From an uncultured Pelagibacteraceae bacterium (GTDB lineage Bacteria; Pseudomonadota; Alphaproteobacteria; Pelagibacterales; Pelagibacteraceae): a stretch of 63,895 nucleotides of DNA. Position 1 is the first letter of the stretch. Each line of letters starts with the position of its first letter. Positions 43,391 through 52,743 of this stretch are shown piece by piece. The position numbers and the translations under genes are program-made. The notes below the pieces were generated by a model. That model saw only the letters and a program-made list of their open reading frames with translations, was not told the DNA's origin and did no database searches. The stretch is taken from positions 1 through 63,895 of the forward strand of contig CACIYA010000001.1 in assembly GCA_902590755.1 (NCBI GenBank), in the 5' to 3' direction.

Positions 43391-43746
43391 TTGCCAGATA
43401 ATCGGATTGTTGCTGTTATAAACAGAGGAAAGTCCGGGCTCCAAAAAGACACAGTGCCAGTTAACGACTGGCAAAGGTGACTTTAGGGAAAGTGCCACAG
43501 AAAATAGACCGCCTAATCAAGGTAAGGGTGAAACGGTGAGGTAAGAGCTCACCGGTTTTTTGGTAACAAAAAACGCACGGCAAACCCCACTGGGAGCAAG
43601 GTTAAATAGGGAAGACATTGCAATTAAATTGCTAAAAACAGTCTTTTGTTAGTCTTTCGGGTTAACCGCTTGAGCTTGAGTGCGAACTTAAGTCTAGATA
43701 AATAACATCTTAAATGACAAAACCCGGCTTACAGATTATCTGGCAA
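43391..43746 (+). ncRNA. rnpB: RNase P RNA (bacterial type A)
   Basis: P1 helix TTGCCAGATAATC/GATTATCTGGCAA; GAGGAAAGTCCGGGC, AGTGCCACAGAAA, GGGTGAAACGG, GGCAAACCCC..GAGCAAGG, ACAAAACCCGGCTTA. Confidence 0.97.
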
Positions 43747-43798
43747 ATACCCCTAAATATTGTTCTACTTTTGTACTAAAGGTTGTTTAACATAATTA

Positions 43799-43840
43799 TT
43801 GACTCTTTTTTAAAAACCCATACTATCCCAAATAATCCCA
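43799..43840 (+). promoter_or_regulatory. mraZ-ftsZ (dcw) promoter with putative MraZ-binding repeats and a GANTC site
   Basis: TTGACT (43799-43804)-N16-TACTAT (43821-43826). GACTC at 43801-43805. CCCA (TGGG on the minus strand) at 43817, 43827 and 43837, a 10-bp period. Confidence 0.7.
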
Positions 43841-43891
43841 TAATGGAGGGGAATTTGAAATATTTTGAGAAAAAAATTTTTTTAGAAAAAT

Positions 43892-44353
43892 ATGTTTTTA
43901 TCAAGCTTCGAAAACAAAATAGACAAGAAGGGGAGAGTTTCTGTGCCTGCGAATTTTAGATCCCACCTTAACTCCTTAGGTTATAACGGTTTTATAAGCT
44001 ATCCGTCCTTTAACCACAATGCTTTAGAGGCTTGCACACAAGATAGAATTGAAAAATTATCTAATGCAATAGACTCACTTAACCCTTTTGAAGAGAAAAG
44101 AGATTATTTTGCTACTTCAGTTCTGTCTGAAAGTGAAAATCTCCAATTTGATACAGAAGGACGTGTTTCAATTTCGGAAAAATTGCTTGATCATGCAAAA
44201 ATAAAATCCAATGTTTTGTTTGTAGGTCTTGGTAAAACGTTTCAAATTTGGGATCCTAACAATTTTCATAAATTCAAAGCTTTTGCAAGAAAAAAGGCTT
44301 TTCAAAATAGATCAAACTTAAAATGGGAAAATAAACAGAAAGGGGAGTTATAA
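43892..44353 (+). CDS. mraZ: Division/cell wall cluster transcriptional repressor MraZ
   Basis: MF......IDKKGRVSVPA.FR and D.EGR duplicated motifs, F.IW. Confidence 0.95.
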   Translation: MFLSSFENKIDKKGRVSVPANFRSHLNSLGYNGFISYPSFNHNALEACTQDRIEKLSNAIDSLNPFEEKRDYFATSVLSESENLQFDTEGRVSISEKLLDHAKIKSNVLFVGLGKTFQIWDPNNFHKFKAFARKKAFQNRSNLKWENKQKGEL

Positions 44354-45858
44354 TGAGTATAAATGTTGGTGGCGGAGAATTGAGAGAATTAAAACCTAGA
44401 ATATTAGTTCTTGGTGTAGGGGGAGCTGGCGGAAATGCAATTAATGCAATGATCGAGGCTGGTATGCAAGGCGTTGAATTTGTTGCGGTTAATACTGACG
44501 CACAAGATCTCAAAATGAGTAAAGCAGATGCAAAAATTCAAATAGGGATGAATTTAACAAAAGGTCTAGGAGCTGGAGCAAAACATGACATTGGTCAAGC
44601 AGCAGCTGATGAGTCAATCAACGAAATAGTAAATTATATTCAAGGAAGTAATATGGTGTTTATTGCTTCTGGAATGGGAGGTGGAACTGGAACTGGTGCG
44701 TCACATGTTATAGCAAGAGCTGCAAGAGAAATGAATATTTTAACAGTTGGAGTAACAACATTACCATTCGCGTATGAGGGACCAAAAAGAATGAGAAGAG
44801 CAATGGCTGGATTAGAAGAATTAAAAAAATATTTAGATACGACAATAGTAGTTCCTAATCAAAATCTTTTTAAAATTGCAAACGAAACAACCGGTTTCGA
44901 GGAGTCATTTACATTATCGAATGCTGTCCTTAAACATGGAGTGCAAAGTATAACTGATTTAATGGTAAGACCAGGTATGATTAATTTAGATTTTGCTGAC
45001 GTTGAAACTGTTATGAGTTCAAGCGGCAAAGCTATGATGGGGACAGGAGAAGCTGAAGGTGAAAACAGATCTATGGCTGCAACAGAGTTGGCTTTAAATA
45101 ATCCTCTCATTGATGAATATACATTGCAAGGTGCTAAAGGTCTTTTAGTAAATATAACTGGTGGAAGTGACATTAAACTTTTTGAAGTAGATCAAGCTGT
45201 AAATAAAATTAGGGCTGAAGTTGATCCAGAAGCCGAGCTTATATTTGGGGCAATTAAGGATGAAAATATGAATGGTAAAATAAGAGTATCTATTGTTGCC
45301 ACCGCTTTAAATGGTTCAGAGTCAAAACCATATTTAAATTTAGTTAACAACTCTAACAATGGACCAAATACTAATAGATTGCACAGTCAGGGAGATAATT
45401 TATTCAACACGAACTTTATTGAAAAAAATATCTCCAATTCTATCGACGGTGCAAATGCCTTGAAACTTGACGAAAGTTATGAAATCAAAAATAAAGAAGA
45501 ACAATCTGCTTTAATTGACAATTTTGAGGATAATGAGGAAAAAAAGATTAATACAGAGGAATTTATTAATATGAATTCTAATAAAGACATTCCTTCCGGT
45601 GTATCTATTGAAAGCGCATCTTACATGGAAAGTAATAGTAACGTTGTTCACTCAACAACCCCTCAACAAAAAACTCAAATACATAATATTAATGAGGAAG
45701 AGCAAGTTCCTAAACTTTTTTCCGATGATCAAATTTACGAAGATACGGAAAGAAAAGAGTCAAAAGAAGATGACCACTCTGAACAATTATTTGATCAGGA
45801 CATTAATGAAGACGAGGATTTTGAAATTCCTGCTTTCTTGAGAAGACAAAAATTTTAA
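44353..45858 (+). CDS. ftsZ: Cell division protein FtsZ
   Basis: GVGGAGGNA, GMGGGTGTG, INLDFADV, long acidic linker, C-terminal FEIPAFLRRQ. Confidence 0.99.
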   Translation: MSINVGGGELRELKPRILVLGVGGAGGNAINAMIEAGMQGVEFVAVNTDAQDLKMSKADAKIQIGMNLTKGLGAGAKHDIGQAAADESINEIVNYIQGSNMVFIASGMGGGTGTGASHVIARAAREMNILTVGVTTLPFAYEGPKRMRRAMAGLEELKKYLDTTIVVPNQNLFKIANETTGFEESFTLSNAVLKHGVQSITDLMVRPGMINLDFADVETVMSSSGKAMMGTGEAEGENRSMAATELALNNPLIDEYTLQGAKGLLVNITGGSDIKLFEVDQAVNKIRAEVDPEAELIFGAIKDENMNGKIRVSIVATALNGSESKPYLNLVNNSNNGPNTNRLHSQGDNLFNTNFIEKNISNSIDGANALKLDESYEIKNKEEQSALIDNFEDNEEKKINTEEFINMNSNKDIPSGVSIESASYMESNSNVVHSTTPQQKTQIHNINEEEQVPKLFSDDQIYEDTERKESKEDDHSEQLFDQDINEDEDFEIPAFLRRQKF

Positions 45859-45876
45859 TGTTAAAATATAAGCTAA

Positions 45877-46884
45877 ATGAATACTCAAAAATCATCACTG
45901 GAATTCTCCCATTTTCCAGTGATGTTGAATGAGATTATTGAAATTTCATCTGCATCAAAAGGAGGAGTTTTTATCGATTGCACCTTCGGTGGAGGAGGGT
46001 ATTCAAAAGAATTGCTTAAATATCCAAAAACAAGAGTTGTTGGTCTCGACAGAGATACGTATATTATTTCAATAGCCAAAAAACTAGAAAAAAAATTTGA
46101 TAAAAGATTCAAATTTTACCAACTTAAATTTAGTCAAATAGACAAACTCATTAAAGAGTATGTAGACGGAATAATTTTCGATCTTGGACTTTCTTCTATT
46201 CAATTAAATAACTTAAAAAGGGGATTTTCTTTCAAATCAAAAGAGGATTTGGATATGTCAATGGGTCTATCTGATACCTCAGCAAAAGACACAGTAAATA
46301 ATTTAAGTGAAATTCAATTAAAATTAATAATTAAAATTTTGGGTGAAGAGAAGGACGCATCAAAAATTGCAAAAAATATTGTTAGAGAAAGATCAAAAAA
46401 AAAAATTACTAAAGTAAGTCAGTTAGTACAAATAATCGAAAAAAGTAAAAAAAAGAATTTTTACAGTAAAATAAATCCTTGTACTAAAACTTTTCAAGCT
46501 TTAAGAATGTTTGTTAACAAAGAAATAACAGAATTGATTAATGGAATTATAAATGCTACCAAAATTTTAAAACCTGGAGGAAAAATCCTTGTAATAAGCT
46601 TCCACTCTATTGAAGACAGAATAATTAAATATTACTTTAGCAACTTTTCAAAAAACAAATCAAAACCTTCAAGATATTTACCCGAAACTAAAAATGATTT
46701 TGAATTATTTGAAAAATACATAAATAAAGCAATAATTCCATCAGAAGATGAAATAATAAAAAATAAACCGTCCCGATCTGCTAAATTAAGATTTGCAGTC
46801 AGAAGTTCAAACAAATTCAATTTTCCTGCAGGGCTATTTAAAAAATTTGAGAAATATTTAGAAATAGAGGCAATAAATGCATAA
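45877..46884 (+). CDS. rsmH: 16S rRNA m4C1402 methyltransferase
   Basis: H.PVML, DCTFGGGG, DLGLSS.Q, FQALR, SFHS.EDR, SRSAKLR. Confidence 0.96.
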   Translation: MNTQKSSLEFSHFPVMLNEIIEISSASKGGVFIDCTFGGGGYSKELLKYPKTRVVGLDRDTYIISIAKKLEKKFDKRFKFYQLKFSQIDKLIKEYVDGIIFDLGLSSIQLNNLKRGFSFKSKEDLDMSMGLSDTSAKDTVNNLSEIQLKLIIKILGEEKDASKIAKNIVRERSKKKITKVSQLVQIIEKSKKKNFYSKINPCTKTFQALRMFVNKEITELINGIINATKILKPGGKILVISFHSIEDRIIKYYFSNFSKNKSKPSRYLPETKNDFELFEKYINKAIIPSEDEIIKNKPSRSAKLRFAVRSSNKFNFPAGLFKKFEKYLEIEAINA

Positions 46885-47215
46885 AATAAAAATTTCATCT
46901 ACTATAATTATTTTTTTTTTCTTATTAGTTGGAACTTCAGTGGTTAAAAACAAAACGAGAGAAACTGAAAAAAAAATTTACAATATTATTGAAAAAGTTA
47001 ATTATTTAGAAAAGGACGTGAATGAGACTGAGTTGGATTACTCATATTTGACTTCTCCAATGATGATTGAACAAAAAATAGAAAATTTAGATAGAAATAA
47101 TTACATAATAATGGACCACTCCAAAATCTTTATAGATATTTCAAGTTTCAAAAATATTAATAATAAGTTTGTTACTCAAGAGCTAATAAATGAAAAAAAA
47201 ATTCAAAAAAAATAA
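46877..47215 (+). CDS. ftsL: FtsL-like cell division protein
   Basis: Single TM, coiled coil, YL.SP..I; located between rsmH and ftsI. Confidence 0.7.
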   Translation: MHKIKISSTIIIFFFLLVGTSVVKNKTRETEKKIYNIIEKVNYLEKDVNETELDYSYLTSPMMIEQKIENLDRNNYIIMDHSKIFIDISSFKNINNKFVTQELINEKKIQKK

Positions 47216-48917
47216 AAATTTAAATACAAATCAAAAAAGCTTTTTTTTTGAGGATTATTTAGAAACAAATAAAAAAAATATATTTCTCAAAAAAAATTAC
47301 ATTTTTCAGGATAGAATTTACTTGTTGTTTTTTTTATTTTTTTCATTAATCTTAATTTTTGGTATTAGAATAATTCATATTTCATTAAGTAATGTTAATT
47401 TCTACCACTCAGAAAAAAATTCCCAAAATTTTTCTTTAAATAGAAGAGATATAGTAGACAGAAATGGTGAACTTTTATCAAGAAGTGTTAAATCCTATCA
47501 TGCAGCTATAAATCCTAAATTGATTAAAAATAAAAATAATTTATTGATAAAACTTCGTATAGACTTTCCAGAATTACCAATTAAAAAAATTGAAAGAGAG
47601 ATTAAAAAAGGTAAATATTTTTATTTAAAGAAACGTATCAGTCAGATTGAAAAAGAGAAGTTGTGGAGTTTAGGTGAGAAAGGGATAATCTTTGAGCCAT
47701 TTCAGTCAAGGATTTATACGCATGCAAATTTATTTAGTCATCTAATAGGCCAGGTCGATTACGACAATTATGGAGTTTCTGGTATTGAGGGATATTTCGA
47801 TAAAGAACTTAAGGATAAAAAATTAATTGATGTCCCATTAAAACTAACTTTAGATACAAATATTCAATATTTAATCAGTAAAGAATTAAATAATTCTCTC
47901 AATATTTTTAATGCTACCGGTGCCGCTGCATTACTTTTAAATGTTGAGAACGGAGACATTTTATCTTTGGTTTCTCTCCCTAATTTTAATATCAACATGA
48001 GATCTGACTTAAAAGACAAAAAATATATTAACAAAATTACTAAAGGGGTTTATGAATTAGGTTCAATCTTTAAAACATTTACACTTGCAGTTGCACTTGA
48101 TAATAAAATAATTACTCCAAAAACCAAAATTAAAGATATTCCGAATTCAATAAAATGTTCAAAATACAAAATTTCTGATATAAAAATCTTTCCAAAAATC
48201 CTTTCAGCTGAAGATATTTTAATTAGATCCTCAAATGTAGGAACATTGATGATTGCAAGAAAGATTGGAGAAGAAAAATTTAAACAATTTATAAATGAAA
48301 CAAATTTATTAAAAAGTCCAAATTTACAATTAGAGGAAGTTGGGAATCCAATTAAGTTTAATTGGAACAAATGTAAATTAGAAACGGTCTCATATGGCCA
48401 TGGGATAACTACTACCCCACTACAAGCTACAGTTACATATGGATCATTGGTTAATGGAGGCAAAATTATTACACCAAACTTGATTAAGGGAAAAAGCAAG
48501 AAATCTGGTAAAAGATTAATTTCTGAAGAAACGAGTGAAAATATTAACAGTATTTTAAGAAAAGTTGTTTCAACAAAGGAAGGTACAGCTAGCCTTGCTG
48601 ATATTGAAGGTTATAATGTCGGAGGCAAAACAGGAACCTCGCAAAATTACTTAAATAAAAATGAGAGTTTAAATACTTTTATATCAGTTTTTCCATCCCA
48701 AAAACCAAAGTTCGCTTTATTAGTAATGCTTGAAAATCCTAAGGTGGCTAAAGACTTAATTTATAATTATCGTGGAATAAAAATTAAAGGCACTCGAAAT
48801 GAGGCTGGGTGGAACTCCGTTTATGTTGCTGGCCAAATAATAAAAAAAATTGGACCAATTTTAGCCATAAATAACGAAGATTTTAAGCATCATTATGTTG
48901 TTGAAAAAATTAATTAA
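47190..48917 (+). CDS. ftsI: Division-specific class B penicillin-binding protein
   Basis: R.DI.DRNG, SxxK (GSIFK), SSN, KTGT. Confidence 0.92.
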   Translation: MKKKFKKNKNLNTNQKSFFFEDYLETNKKNIFLKKNYIFQDRIYLLFFLFFSLILIFGIRIIHISLSNVNFYHSEKNSQNFSLNRRDIVDRNGELLSRSVKSYHAAINPKLIKNKNNLLIKLRIDFPELPIKKIEREIKKGKYFYLKKRISQIEKEKLWSLGEKGIIFEPFQSRIYTHANLFSHLIGQVDYDNYGVSGIEGYFDKELKDKKLIDVPLKLTLDTNIQYLISKELNNSLNIFNATGAAALLLNVENGDILSLVSLPNFNINMRSDLKDKKYINKITKGVYELGSIFKTFTLAVALDNKIITPKTKIKDIPNSIKCSKYKISDIKIFPKILSAEDILIRSSNVGTLMIARKIGEEKFKQFINETNLLKSPNLQLEEVGNPIKFNWNKCKLETVSYGHGITTTPLQATVTYGSLVNGGKIITPNLIKGKSKKSGKRLISEETSENINSILRKVVSTKEGTASLADIEGYNVGGKTGTSQNYLNKNESLNTFISVFPSQKPKFALLVMLENPKVAKDLIYNYRGIKIKGTRNEAGWNSVYVAGQIIKKIGPILAINNEDFKHHYVVEKIN

Positions 48918-51654
48918 AAATCTTCAATTAAATAAAAAAATCAACGTTACAGGTCTAACAATCAACAGTAAAAAAGTAAAAAATGGCTTTATTTTTTTTG
49001 CAATAAAAGGTCAAAAATTTAATGGTGAAAAATTTATTAACGAAGCAATTGTGAAAGGAGCTGTTGCAATAGTATGTTCTAGAAAATGTAATTTTTCGAG
49101 TAATATAGTACCTATTATAAAAACTAAGGATGTAAGAAATTATTTAAGCGAAATTTCCTCTAAATTTTACAAACTTAAACCAAAAAATATTATTGCTGTG
49201 ACTGGAACTAATGGCAAAACATCTGTCGCTGATTTATTTTATCAAATATTAAGATTAAACAATAGACCAGTCGCGTCCATCGGTACATTAGGAATTAAAT
49301 TTGAAGGAAAAATAATTAAATCTGAACTTACTTCACCAGATGCTATTTCAACTCACAAAATTCTCCAGGATTTAAAAAAAAGAGGGATTAATAATGTAAT
49401 TATTGAAGCGTCCAGCCACGCATTGGATCAAAAGAGGATTAATCATTTGAATTTAAAAGCTGGTATTTTTACTAATTTCACGCACGATCATTTAGATTAT
49501 CACAAAACAATGAAATCGTATTTAAATTCAAAATTGTTATTATTTAAAAAAATTCTAAAAGAAAAAAAAATAATTATTTCTGATAACACCTTAAAAGAAT
49601 TTAAAATTTTAAAAAAAATTTCCAATGAAAGAAACTTAAATTTGCGTGATATAAGTTTGATAAAAAATAAATTAATCACTCACTCAAATTTGATATTAAA
49701 TGATTTTCAAATAAAAAATATTTCTATGGCTATAGCCGCATCAAAATTATGTAATTTATCTGAAAAAAAAATTTTTAATTCATTAATCAAAATTAAAGAT
49801 ATAGACGGGAGGCTAGAGCATATAAGAACTTTTTCAAATAATGTTAAAGTTTATGTTGATTTCGCTCATACGCCTGATGCATTATCAAAAGCACTTGCTG
49901 TAATAAAAAATTATCAAGGTAATAAAGTTTCTTTAGTTTTTGGTTGTGGTGGTGAAAGGGATATTAAGAAAAGACCGCTTATGGCCAAGATCGCAAGTTC
50001 TAATTGTGAAAAAATTTATGTAACTGATGATAATCCACGAAATGAAAAACCAGAAAAAATAAGAAACGAAATAATCAAAAATATTAAAAATGAAAATTGC
50101 TTTAACATAGGCAATAGAGAAAAAGCAATAAAAGCTGCAATTAAGAATGCTGAGCCAAATGAAATAATTTTAGTTACAGGAAAGGGTCATGAAACTGAGC
50201 AAATTTATAATAATAAAGTTTTAAAAATTTCAGATAAATCAATTATAAAAAAATTTAAAATTAAATTTAAGAAAATATCCCAAAAAAAACAAACTTTTTT
50301 ACAAAATAAAAAAATTATGAAAAGTTTAATTAAAAAATCCAATCTAAAAAATTTTCAAGGTATAGCTATTGATTCTAGAGAAGTAAAAAAAGGCAACTTG
50401 TTCTTAACAATTAAAGGAAAAAATAATGACGGTTTTCAATTTATAGCTAATGCACTAAAAAAAGGAGCCAAATATTTTGTAACTTCAAGAAATAAACAAA
50501 AATATAAAAATAAAGTAATTAAAGTTAAAAATGAAATTGAATTTTTAAAAAAATTTGCTTCAAAAAAAAGAATTTTAACGTCAGCTAAAATTATAGCTAT
50601 TACAGGAAGTGCAGGAAAAACTTCTTTAAAAAATTTAATGTACAATCTTTTAACTAATTTTGGCGAAACACTCCGTTCACCGAGATCTTATAATAATCAA
50701 TTCGGTGTTCCAATAAGTCTTTCCCAGCTAAATTCAAATCATGAATACGGTGTTTTTGAAGTTGGCATGAGCAGATCTGGAGAAATTAATTTACTCTCAA
50801 AGATAATAAGACCTCATATTGCAGTAATTACAAATGTAGGTGAAGCTCATATTGAAAACTTTAAAAATCTTATGGGTATCGCAAAAGCAAAAGGAGAAAT
50901 TATTGATAATATAATTGAGGGTGGAACATTAATAATTAATCGTGACGATAAATTTTTCAGTTTTTTTGAAAAAAAAGCAAAATTAAGAAAATTAAAAATT
51001 ATCTCATTTGGAAAAAATAAAAAAGCAGATGTTTTCTCCAAATCTATTAGTAAAAAAGGAAAAAAATATATCTTATCTATAAGCGTAAAAAACCAAATTT
51101 TTAAATTAGAGAAAAAAAACTTAAATATTTATAACATTTTGTCCTCTTTAGCCGTATTGAAAGCATTAAATTTGAATATTAATAAGATTATTAATAATTA
51201 TAAAAATTATGAACTAACTGAGGGTAGAGGAAAGATACATAATATTTTCAGGTATAAAAAAAGATTTAAATTAATTGATGAGAGCTATAACGCAAATCCA
51301 CTCTCAGTAAAAACCGCAATTAAAAATTTTAATTCTATTAAAAAACAAAATTTTAAAAAATATCTATTTCTTGGCGATATGCTAGAGCTTGGTAAAAAAT
51401 CTAGATATCTTCACAAAAACTTATCAAAAGTTATTAACAATTCTGATATAGATAAGGTTTTCATTAAAGGAGCAAAAATTTTTGTTACTTACAAAGGTAT
51501 TGATATAAATAAAAGAGGAAATATATTTCAACATGATGATGACCTAGACTTTATTTTTAATAGCATTATATCAAATAATGATTACTTAATGATAAAAGGG
51601 TCAAATGCGACTGGACTAAGTAATTTAAGCAAAAAATTTATAAGAGGTTATTAA
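48895..51654 (+). CDS. murE-murF: Bifunctional MurE-MurF fusion ligase
   Basis: MurE half: TGTNGKT, EASSH, DHLDYH, DFAHTPD, DDNPR, GKGHE. MurF half: TGSAGKT, YNN..G, DESYNANP, GDMLELG, KGS. Confidence 0.95.
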   Translation: MLLKKLIKNLQLNKKINVTGLTINSKKVKNGFIFFAIKGQKFNGEKFINEAIVKGAVAIVCSRKCNFSSNIVPIIKTKDVRNYLSEISSKFYKLKPKNIIAVTGTNGKTSVADLFYQILRLNNRPVASIGTLGIKFEGKIIKSELTSPDAISTHKILQDLKKRGINNVIIEASSHALDQKRINHLNLKAGIFTNFTHDHLDYHKTMKSYLNSKLLLFKKILKEKKIIISDNTLKEFKILKKISNERNLNLRDISLIKNKLITHSNLILNDFQIKNISMAIAASKLCNLSEKKIFNSLIKIKDIDGRLEHIRTFSNNVKVYVDFAHTPDALSKALAVIKNYQGNKVSLVFGCGGERDIKKRPLMAKIASSNCEKIYVTDDNPRNEKPEKIRNEIIKNIKNENCFNIGNREKAIKAAIKNAEPNEIILVTGKGHETEQIYNNKVLKISDKSIIKKFKIKFKKISQKKQTFLQNKKIMKSLIKKSNLKNFQGIAIDSREVKKGNLFLTIKGKNNDGFQFIANALKKGAKYFVTSRNKQKYKNKVIKVKNEIEFLKKFASKKRILTSAKIIAITGSAGKTSLKNLMYNLLTNFGETLRSPRSYNNQFGVPISLSQLNSNHEYGVFEVGMSRSGEINLLSKIIRPHIAVITNVGEAHIENFKNLMGIAKAKGEIIDNIIEGGTLIINRDDKFFSFFEKKAKLRKLKIISFGKNKKADVFSKSISKKGKKYILSISVKNQIFKLEKKNLNIYNILSSLAVLKALNLNINKIINNYKNYELTEGRGKIHNIFRYKKRFKLIDESYNANPLSVKTAIKNFNSIKKQNFKKYLFLGDMLELGKKSRYLHKNLSKVINNSDIDKVFIKGAKIFVTYKGIDINKRGNIFQHDDDLDFIFNSIISNNDYLMIKGSNATGLSNLSKKFIRGY

Positions 51655-52740
51655 ATGTTGTTTCATTTTTTTACATCTTTAGTTGATCAATACTCTTTTC
51701 TAAACGTATTCAAATATTTAACTTTTAGAACAGGATTATCTGTAATGACTTCTCTAGTTATAGTCTTCATTATAGGAGCTCCTTTGATAAAAATATTTTC
51801 TGACAAGATGATCACTGGCCCTATAAGACAAGACGGTCCAATAGATCATATTGTTAAAAAATCTGGAACACCCACAATGGGTGGAGTAATTATCATAATT
51901 GGAATAATCTTTAGCACAATACTTTGGGCAGATCTTACAAATATTTATGTTTGGACCTTAATATTTGTATCATTGAGTTTAGGCGGTTTAGGACTTTTAG
52001 ACGATATATTAAAAATTAAGTTAAAGAATTCAAGCGGATTAAAATCAAAGTATAAATTTACAGGTCAACTAATTATAGCTGCATTAGCTTTATTTATACT
52101 AAGTGAATTCTCAAATCACGAGTTTTTGTATAATCTTTATTTCCCTTTTTTTAAAAATTTAATTTTATATATGGGTATTTTTTTTATTCCTTTTGGCTTG
52201 TTTGTGATAATTGGAGCTTCAAACGCCGTAAACTTAACTGATGGATTAGATGGTTTAGCCACAGTTCCGGTGATGTTAGTAGCTCTATCATTTACTTTCA
52301 TTTCGTATGTTGTCGGAAATATAATTTTTTCAGAGTATCTTCAAATTCAATATATTCCAGATGTTGGGGAGCTATCAATTTTTTGTGGTTCAATTGTAGG
52401 AGCTTGTTTGGGTTTTCTTTGGTATAACGCTCCTCCAGCAAAAATTTTCATGGGGGATACCGGCTCACTTTCTTTGGGAGGTTCCTTAGCAGCTATTGCA
52501 ATAATTGTAAAACACGAAATCGTATTAGCGATTATTGGAGGGTTATTTGTTTTAGAAACTGTCTCAGTAATTATTCAAGTAATATCATTTAAGCTGACTG
52601 GGAAAAGAATTTTTAAAATGGCTCCTATTCACCATCACTTTGAAAAAAAAGGTTGGGCAGAGTCGACCATAGTAATTCGTTTTTGGATAATCGCAATTAT
52701 TTTGGCATTAATAGGTCTAGCAACATTAAAATTAAGGTAA
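51655..52740 (+). CDS. mraY: Phospho-N-acetylmuramoyl-pentapeptide transferase
   Basis: GTPTMGG, NAVNLTDGLDGL, FMGDTGS, APIHHHFE. Confidence 0.98.
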   Translation: MLFHFFTSLVDQYSFLNVFKYLTFRTGLSVMTSLVIVFIIGAPLIKIFSDKMITGPIRQDGPIDHIVKKSGTPTMGGVIIIIGIIFSTILWADLTNIYVWTLIFVSLSLGGLGLLDDILKIKLKNSSGLKSKYKFTGQLIIAALALFILSEFSNHEFLYNLYFPFFKNLILYMGIFFIPFGLFVIIGASNAVNLTDGLDGLATVPVMLVALSFTFISYVVGNIIFSEYLQIQYIPDVGELSIFCGSIVGACLGFLWYNAPPAKIFMGDTGSLSLGGSLAAIAIIVKHEIVLAIIGGLFVLETVSVIIQVISFKLTGKRIFKMAPIHHHFEKKGWAESTIVIRFWIIAIILALIGLATLKLR

Positions 52741-52743
52741 TGG

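Noticed and set aside
43391-43746. GC-richer structured intergenic region as a novel ncRNA or riboswitch
   Set aside because: Fully explained by the conserved regions of RNase P RNA.
43776-43791. CTAA-N7-TTAAC, a CtrA-box-like site upstream of mraZ
   Set aside because: One mismatch in an all-AT motif that is common by chance here; no ctrA in the window, and I recall CtrA being reported absent from Pelagibacter.
45310-45820. Long Asn/Glu/Asp-rich region of FtsZ as an insertion or extra domain
   Set aside because: Long disordered C-terminal linkers are normal in alphaproteobacterial FtsZ; no intein or repeat signature.
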